Origin: Flaccisagitta enflata
Lineage: Eukaryota
NCBI GenBank assembly: GCA_965153355.1
Contig: OZ231126.1
Span: 21,390,001-21,454,000, forward strand
Direction: 5' to 3'
DNA: 64,000 nt
Shown: piece after piece, positions 54,462 to 64,000 of the stretch
Position numbering within the stretch: the first letter of the stretch is position 1
Layout of the letters: each line of letters begins with the position of its first letter
Position numbers and translations under genes: made by a program
The notes under the pieces: generated by a model
Databases searched by the model: none
What the model saw: only the letters and a program-made list of their open reading frames with translations
Told to the model about the DNA's origin: nothing

Positions 54462-55616
54462 ACCTCGCAGCGGGGGTGATGGCCGGTTGGGCTGCGGTGG
54501 TTTCTCGACACATCTGAGATGAGGCAGATAAGTTAGCTTCCATTTAATTCTGCCTCACATTGATTATGCCTTTAAATTCGGTGGTTCCTACCAAAATGCC
54601 CGTTTTATGTGATATGTCGCATTGTGAAGCCTTTTCTCTTGAAATTTGATCGTTTAAAAATCATGAATCTCTCATTTCACAATCATGAATCTCTTGTCTC
54701 ACGTTGTATTGCCATTGATCTACTGTTTTTGAAAATAAGCTCAGAGATTGCACCGTAATCTAATGCTAAAAAATTGCTTTACATTTCTCTCAACAGACAG
54801 AAAGCAAAAAAAAAAAACCCAAGTGAATATTTCACAGTTGAACCGTTGTTGAAAAAAATGATGAAACAGGATTTAGAATGCATCAAAGACAAATTCTGTT
54901 ACTTTTGGCTCCGTGATTTTTAGTCGCGTGCTACGCGACACTACAACCCGCTTTGTCGGTCCGTCCGTCAGTCCGTTGGTCCGTCCGTCGGTCCGTCGGT
55001 CGGTCCATCCGTCACACTTTACTTTTTTGGCGTTAATAGGGGTTTTGGCCTTTTTGCTCTTGCCCAAATGTTCCACTGACCTCAATTTTAGCCCCTGCCC
55101 ACCCGCACGCGACTGTTTTCTTCATGAATTGAAGTACATTAGATAATTGAATACCAACAATCGGAATCTAACGTGTAATTCTACACGATCTCAATATTTA
55201 CACAATCTTGAATCGCAAAAATGTCCTCAAAGACATCGTAAAAACTGTTATTGTTGAAGTTATATATTTCAAAGGAATGAAAGCGAAGAGAAGACTAAAT
55301 CACTAACAAGTAATTCAACTCGTTAAAAGGCCCATTATTAAATCGCGTGCGGGCATACAGGGGCCCTGATGCGGTAGCTATTCAAGTAATCCGGTAGGCG
55401 CAGTGATCTAAAAAAGAAGGTGAACCCCGAAAAGCAAAGTGTTACCGACAGACGGGCAGATGGACGGAGAAACAGACGGACCGACAAACAACCATGTGCG
55501 TGCTCACACAAGGACGGACAAATTTGGACTCTAACATGCACACAAGTCAACATTTTCGACGCAGATGGCAAACGCACATGGAGACGCGCACGCAAACGTG
55601 CATGTAAACGCAAACA

Positions 55617-55711
<95 letters not shown>

Positions 55712-56380
55712 TTGGATTCTCCATCCATGAACCGAGTAAAAGATAGAGGGCGTGAGTCACTCGGGATTCCGCTACCATAACCACATGAGCCATGAGCCAT
55801 GAGGCATAGGAACTCCATAAATATCATTTGGTAATTGTGAAGGGACCAAAGCTGGAATTCTATGTACACAATCCGCCCGTCTCCCTCTTCCCCCCCCCCC
55901 CCACGGCCTCTGGGCATGTCTGACATTTCTTACCCAAATTTCCATTATTCTTGTAAGACTTTTCTCTCTCCATTGGATTGCCATGGGCGGGGGATTACAG
56001 TTATTGCTATGAATAAAGGATATGTAAGTGGGGTGAACCGAGAAAGGGATGGGGGGTTGGAAGGGGAAGGTTGGTGGGGATGGGGGGTAAGAGTGAGGGG
56101 ACTTAAAATTACATTTTTTACGATTATGTAGCAAAATTGTGTGGGAAGGCGGTTCACAGTGGGTCATATGAATCTGGGAGTAAGTGGAGGATGGATAATT
56201 ACATCTGCGGCCTGATTTTGAAGAAAAAGATTACAAAAATCACTTAAGAATATAGGAAATACTTCTAGGAGGAGACTGCTCTTTCTCAATTACTTACAAG
56301 AAATTCTTTTTGGTGGGTTGGGGGAAGAGGTAAGGCGGTCCTCAATCTTGAAATAACATTTTGGAACTGTAATTTATAGT

Positions 56381-56437
<57 letters not shown>

Positions 56438-57238
56438 CAGAAGCCGTGGATTAAGATGGACGCAAACTGCCCTCAGAAGAAATTTGCGGTTTATATAAGA
56501 CGCGATGTTCTTTGGGGGTATCGGATCAGTCAGATGCAGGGGTATAGAGGGGAGGGGGGGGTCCGCTTGGACGGTAAGGGAGGGCCATTTTTGCGAATTT
56601 CTATATGAATGTAGATGTGTATCACCACCTGATGGGGAATAAAATACGTGTAACTCTATGAGGGGAATGAACGCCGCCTGGAATACCTGGCCTGGGATGA
56701 ATCTGGAGGAAAGGGAGTCCCGCGCGTTGGGTGGAATTATGGGGTCGGATTTTGAATGCAGATTGAAGTTTCAGCGATACACGAAAACTTTACCGAGTGA
56801 TATTTATTGGCTAAACTTGGTCATCTGTGAAAGAAAACTGTTTTGTTTCTTTTGCTGGAGAAAGATGAGTTTGAGGATGATATTTGATGGTTTTAACGGC
56901 TGTGGAAAAATCGGTTAAAGGAATGATGGTTGTTCTTGATGGTAAGGATGGAAAGAAAGACGGACTTTAAAAAAGGAGTCAAGAGTTGTTCCATGAATCA
57001 ACATGGAATTATGTTGCGTAAGAAGCGTTAGGTAATTTCACTGTGCTGACATCAAATATACGAACCATCATTCAACCACACATGCTATACATCGCCCTAT
57101 CGCGACGATTGCGGATGTACTGAGGCAAGTTCTGCCTGTATTTCGCAACGCAAAAGTGCAGTGGCCAGTGCAAGTAGGAAATAAGATTGTGATCTTCAAC
57201 TGTCAAAAGAGAATTCTTAAGTGAAAGACGAGCTGCCA

Positions 57239-57324
<86 letters not shown>

Positions 57325-59125
57325 TGTTGCCCTACATTCTGGGTTTTAACGATTGTGACCTTTTTAACGCAAGCAAAGACCAGATGCGAAACCGCCTTTG
57401 CAAAAGAGAAAAGAGAGAAGAAGTGAAGAGAAGAGAGCAGAAACGAGGCCAATGAGAGCAGAAACAAGGTTCCATCTGCCGGGGAGGAATCGGAAGCTTA
57501 GCAACAACGACGAAGCCCTGAAAATGTAACACCGAAAAAGGAAAGAAAAAGAAAAGCAAACAAACAAGCCCGATCGGGCAACGATGCGTTCTCTACTGAT
57601 CTCTTTATAGAGAGAATTTCACGTTTTTTGCATATTGCAGTTCCTATTGTCAATAACGCTTTTCATGGTTAAAAAATACATCATGCTATGAATATACCTA
57701 TGAATAAGAAATGCAGCTCCTGTTTGCCGATTAAATAGTTAAATGATATTGAAAAAAAGAACCAATTATGTATATTGGCAAGACATCAGATCGGTATCAG
57801 TATTGACCAATGATTTTAAAGGATTTGATATGTAAAAAACTGAATCTGAGGTGGGAGGGATGGGGGCAAGATCCTAGCTTTCAGAATGATAGATATAAGG
57901 ATAGTTGTCCCATAACTCAAGAGATGCGAGGACGCATCTAAAAATGATTGGGAGTGGTGTGGGAGGGATTGAATTGATGATTGATGGATTTTCGAAAAAG
58001 GGTAACGGAGGGACGGAGGGACGGACGGACGGACGGACAGACCCTCTTATAGAGATGCGAGGACGCATCTAAAAAGCAACGAAGAAGCCCTAAACGTGTA
58101 ACAGCGAGAAAAGAAAGAAAAAGAAAAGCAAACAAAAAGGCAACGAATCGTGAAAATGTTGTGTGACTAAGCTAAGAGACTGACTGACTTGAGAGCGACT
58201 AAGACATTTTGTTTGTGTGTGTGTGACTAAGACGCGTGTAATGTAGAGCAATCGATGAATAGAATTATATGGGCGGGGAGACGCTTCGTGTCACTGATAG
58301 AAAAGAAGGGAGTCTGGAGTAAGAACATAAACACACATCTTAAATATCATGATGCCCTTCATGCGCACTAAATGTTGTTACAATATTCGGGTTTGTATGG
58401 CTTGTTTCTACTTTGTTTTCAATATTTTGTGACGACAACCACCTTCTTTTTGGCTGATGTCACGGCAGAAATTTCACATTTTGAAAGAAAAAAAAAAACA
58501 AACAAATGTTTTGCTTTGAACGATTGTGTCGGATCTTGGAAACATATAAAATTGCGAATTGTCTCTTTACAAAGATCTTGCGTCATAGCATACCATACCA
58601 AAACTATGATAATTTTTCGTTCATATCGCGGCCACAAAAAGCTTGTTAATCATTCGAAATTTCATCGTATTCAGGCATAAGCCCGTTGATTGCGTTAATT
58701 GCGCAACCGACCAACCAACGGACAGACAGATGGACGGATGGAGAGCCAGGAGAGGTGTACAGACGGACGGAAAGACATGATGTATGGAATGACAGAGAGA
58801 GCGACAAATTAATTCATGGACACTTAGAGGCAAAACGGCAGAAACAGACTGTATGGTAGAGACTGACGATGCAAAGGACACCATGGAGAAAAAAGACAGA
58901 CAGCGACAGAAACATTCAGACGGAGGGCAAAACAGCGAAGCAGCGGGAAATTGGTTTTTGCAATCTTGTCAATCTTATTTACCTGGGCAACAGTTTTTGT
59001 CTCTCTTGGTTGCTGATTCAACAAATTCTTCAAATAAATTCTCAGTCGACTTGAACGTGAGTGAAACCCAGAGCCTCTCTGAGAAGGAAATATGGAGAAG
59101 GTGAGGGAGAAGAATAGGAAAAAGA

Positions 59126-59516
59126 GGAAGAAGAAGAAGAAGAAGAAGAAGAAGAAGAAGAAGAAGAAGAAGAAGAAGAAGAAGAAGAAGAAGAAGAAGA
59201 AGAAGAGAAAGAACAGGATAAAGAGGAAGAGGATGAAGAGGAAGAGGATGAAGAGGAAGTAGAAGAAGAACAAGGGTGGATACACGGCTACCTAGAAAAG
59301 GTCACTAGGGCATTTGGGCAGGAGCATTAGGCTTCGAAAACTAAATAAGAAATGAATAAATCAAATTGGGACAGACCGACCAACCAACCAACCGACAGAC
59401 GGACAAAGCGGGGAGTAGCGTCGCGTAGCACGCGACTAAAAAGAAGAAGAAAAATAAGAAGAAAAATAAGAAGAATATGGTGAAAAATAGTGGAAGAAGA
59501 AGAAGAAGAAGAAGAA

Positions 59517-59563
<47 letters not shown>

Positions 59564-59735
59564 AGAAGAAGAAGAAGAAGAAGAAGAAGAAGAAAAGGAA
59601 GAAGAAGAAGAAGATGAAGAAGAAGGAAGAGGAAGAAGAAGAAGAAGAAGAAGAAAAAGAAAAAGAAAAAGAAAAAGAAAAAGAAAAAGAAAAAGAAAAA
59701 GAAAAAGAAAAAGAAAAGGAAAAGGAAAAAGAAAA
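59126..59735. repeat. (GAA)n and (GAAAAA)n microsatellites; (TTC)n also at 61226-61340
   Basis: Direct inspection. Confidence 0.95.
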
Positions 59736-60047
59736 AGTGACGCGGGGTCACAATATCGTTGCGGACGGGTGGTCGGGGGCATCCAAGCCCTATTCACACC
59801 CCAACCCACCTCCAACACTCAAACATACACAAAAAGTATTGAAAACGCTCGTTTTCAACTCGATCACCATGACGGACGGACCAACTGACGGACCAACCGA
59901 TGGATGGACAAAGCCTCTTATAGAGTTGCGTGTCCGCAACTTAAAAGAAAAAGAAAAAGAAGAAAAAGACAGAAAAAGAGGAAGAAAAATTAGAAAAACA
60001 TAAACGAGAAGGAGGAGAAACAAAAAAAATGATCAAGAAGTAGTAAG

Positions 60048-60130
<83 letters not shown>

Positions 60131-60134
60131 CCTC

Positions 60135-60252
<118 letters not shown>

Positions 60253-61776
60253 TCGAGAATACCCAACGGCAAATAGGGATGACAAAGCCTCACCATAACA
60301 TGTTGCATTGTTTGACTGTGAAATTGCGGTCTGCAGTATCAAGTTTCAACTTTGCACCGCAACACCTCAAAACCACACATTCGGCGCGCTGCGTGCTCAC
60401 TTTCGTATCTTTGAGAGTTTTATTGACCAACGGAAATTCAATTATCAGATTGACAGAGAGAATTACAGTTTAGTGCGTCATTCAGGCGTGCTTTTTTTTC
60501 TTTCCCTCCAAGTAGCATTTGTCCGAGTAGCCTTTAGATCTTCCGACTTGTCTATCATAATTTTGTCAAATGGGCTAAGGTTAGTTTCATGTTCCACATG
60601 TATTGTTCTTTGTCTGGTCTTCTTTGGCCTCGTCTTTGTTGTGTCCTTGTGTTTAACTTTCCAGAGCGACGATGTCATACACAGAAATGTTACGTCTCGC
60701 AACACCTCAAAAGCTATGTAAAAAGATAATTTGCATATTGCAGTGGCAAGGTTTCCTCCAATATTTCGAATGATTTAACGTCGTCTAAGATTCATCAACA
60801 GCCAACTTTATTGTGTTATGCTTCTCAGAATGACTTTAAAAAAATCCATGATTGCTATGATCGCTTTAGTTGCGTCATGATGATGAGCGTTTATGAGGAT
60901 TACTCTGAGTCTTAACTTCAATGTTAACAAATGGACAGCAAACCAAACTGCTCTCAATGAGACTATTAGACATTAGTTGTCTTTTCAAAAACCTTCTGAA
61001 TTACCTTCCAGGGGCATTTTTCGATGGCGGGGGAGCTAACCCGCCCAGAAATTTTAGGGGTAAGAAGGAGCTGGAAAGCAGGACTGAAGGACAAGGAGGT
61101 GCTTGACCAGTCCCAGCAGTTGCCGGTTGAAGGGAATGAAGACAGTGAGCATGTGAGTGAGGGTAGAGGTATAACCATGTTCCTTCTTTTTTTTCTTTTC
61201 TCTATCTTCTCCCTAATTTTCTTTTTCTTCTTCTTCTTCTTTTCTTCTTCTTCTTCTTCTTCTTCTTCTTCTTCTTCTTCTTCTTCTTCTTCTTCTTCTT
61301 CTTCTTCTTCTTCTTCTTCTTCTTCTTCTTCTTCTTCTACTTCATCATCTGAGATCTTCCGAGAGGTGTCCTTATCATTCCGAGTAGCGGCGCTACTCGC
61401 TTCTCCATAAAAAGCACGCCTGGCGTCATTACTCATTCACCATCCATCACTTTTGCAATTATCGTACTGACACGAAGAAAATCAATTTCCTACTTGGACT
61501 GATCCTCAGTGAAAGGCAGGAAAATGTGGTTACCTTGACATCCTCCAACCTTTCTTTTGCACTGTCTATCTTTCCGCGTACGTCTGCCTGATATCATCGT
61601 CTGTCTGTTTGTCTATCTGCCTGTCTGCTCGCTTTCTTTTCTCTGTGTCTGTCTCTCTGTGTCTGTCTCTGTCTCTCTGTCTCTCTGTCTCTCTGTCTCT
61701 CTGTCTCTCTGTCTCTCTGTCTCTGTCTCTCTGTCTCTCTGTCTCTGTCTCTCTGTCTCTCTCTGCCTGTCTCTCT

Positions 61777-61870
<94 letters not shown>

Positions 61871-61963
61871 GCCTCGACCGTAACCCGTCCTCTTCTCGCC
61901 CTGGAGTTTTTATGGTTTTTATTGCTTAAGAAAGGAATAAGGCATAGGAATAAGAATATAGGA

Positions 61964-62117
<154 letters not shown>

Positions 62118-62564
62118 CAGACTCTTAGAGGGCCTTTTCGTTTTGCCTCTCATAAAGGTGATCTTAAAGGGACTGAGTTCCCTTTACCAACTTAATACCA
62201 AAAAGATTCTGCGTTATGTAAACGAAAAAAAATGTTACTCCGAGTTTGCTCTTTCCTCAGACTCAGTCCACAACCTCGTCCTTTTGACCTCAGGTGCCTT
62301 CAATACAGTCTACCTCCTCTGGCTCTACACTTACCCAACTCCTATCCATTTCTAGACTCTCATTTTTTGTTGCGTGCAAGATTTTCATGTTCGTTTCTTC
62401 ATCCATCCGTCAATCCCTCTCTGCCCAATTAGAGGAGTGGGCAGTCGGCCATGTTCATGACAAACTGGCGTTTGCCATTGCCCAAATGCAACATTTTACA
62501 AATTTCATAGACTGTTTTTGCATCACTGCCCCTCTCCAAACGCCGAAGTGGCGTACTACTGCTC

Positions 62565-62595
<31 letters not shown>

Positions 62596-63065
62596 CTCTC
62601 TCTTCACAATGAGGCCTACATGATCTTCATTTTTGTCTCTTACAAGGGATCAATGTCTGACGATCTTGTGGAGAGGGTTTCGTGTCCGATCGTAAACGGC
62701 CGATACAGTCTTCTCGTCTGATGATGAAACCCACTGTTTTGACATTTTGACATGAAAATCATTTAAACATAGAATAATTCGCATGACGTTATTACCATTG
62801 TTTTCACATTTTAACGACGAAGTAACGCGAGTAACGACGAGAGAGGAGTTCTTCAATTGGGGATATTCAAGCTTATGAATGAAGCGGGCGCTGATCTGAT
62901 CTCAGTTGCGGTTTACAAAATTTGGGTGCGTTCTCTAGCCAAAGTAAATAAGCTGAATCAACCTCATTTTGCAAGTTATTCGATCGTCTGAATTCCTTAC
63001 TTGACAATTGCAGAATTGAAACCATTGGTAGTCCCTTCTTTAAGTGAGTTGACTCACTGAAAGTT

Positions 63066-63134
<69 letters not shown>

Positions 63135-63136
63135 GC

Positions 63137-63207
<71 letters not shown>

Positions 63208-63427
63208 AAACAAAAACAACAACAACAACGTATGACACCGACGTAGTGAATCGTGGGTCATCTCCTTTTATGCAATTTCTCTCGCTTTAGTTTTGGTTTT
63301 GTCACGCATTTTTCATATCGTCTTCGCGTAAAAGATTTGGTCATAAATGCACTTGTAATACTAAAACCGACAATAAATCACGGTGATAGGATTTTTGACA
63401 ATAAAACTGGTATCACTATATACGGCG

Positions 63428-63507
<80 letters not shown>

Positions 63508-64000
63508 AAGACAGAGAAAGACAGAGAAAGACAGAGACAGACAGAGACAGACAGAGACAGACAGAGACAGAGGAAAAGCAGGAGAATGTAAAGAGTAGTG
63601 ATAGATAACCGAGAGAGAGAGAAGAGAGAGAGAAAAGAGAGAAAATAGATAGAAACTTGACAACAGAAAGTGAAAGAGAATGAAAACAAGGCCGGATACA
63701 CCATCATTTGGGCAGGAGCAGTGAGGCCAAAGACCGCAAAAAAAAACAAAAAAAGTAAAGTGTGACGGACCAACGGACAGACGGACGGACGGACGGACGG
63801 ACGGACCGACAAAGCGGGTTGTAGAGTCGCGTAGCACGCGACTAAAAAGATAGAGAGAGAAAGAAAGAGAAAGAAAGAGAAAGAGAGAGAAAAAGAAAGA
63901 AAGAAAGAAAGAAAGGAAGAAAGAAAGAAAGAGAGAAGGAAAAAAAGAAAGAACGAAAGAAAGAAAAAAAAAGAGAGTAGGGAAAAGAAAGGGAAAGAGC

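Larger units (their letters stand above)
49606..54557 (+). mobile_element. Apparently full-length non-LTR retrotransposon, CR1/L2 group (Crack-like)
   Basis: 5' region with four AGACTTGATC repeats, ORF1 and ORF2 both intact, 3' stem-loop TGAGGCAGA...TCTGCCTCA (54520-54557). Boundaries are inferred from the 15-bp inverted repeat; no TSD or tail found. Confidence 0.9.

Overview
AT-rich eukaryotic DNA saturated with microsatellites and transposons, probably from an invertebrate (crustacean-like repeat landscape; taxon not provable from sequence). Main contents: (1) a 5-exon minus-strand gene (13448->2442) that the ORF track misses. It encodes a ~274-aa secreted protein: signal peptide, two Trp/Cys-rich repeats and a SUEL/rhamnose-binding-type lectin domain. 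Its exon 2 is split by a 3.4-kb CACTG-ended DNA transposon whose end offers an in-frame replacement splice acceptor. (2) Inside intron 3 of that gene, a 4.3-kb hAT-like element with long TIRs carries a transposase C-terminal remnant and a divergently oriented Tpt1/KptA-like (NAD-dependent RNA 2'-phosphotransferase / ADP-ribosyltransferase fold) gene. A nested TA-target MITE splits that gene, and removing the MITE restores the reading frame. This is the best candidate for an undescribed system. (3) A 17-finger C2H2 zinc-finger ORF and its frameshifted tandem paralog. (4) An apparently intact CR1/L2(Crack)-group LINE with an esterase-type ORF1, an extremely G-rich APE-RT ORF2 and a perfect 15-bp inverted repeat bracketing it. 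(5) Many MITEs, Helentron-like (HINE/DINE-1-like) non-autonomous repeats, minisatellites and microsatellites, which explain most of the short ORFs. All family assignments come from motif recognition by eye; no database searches were run.
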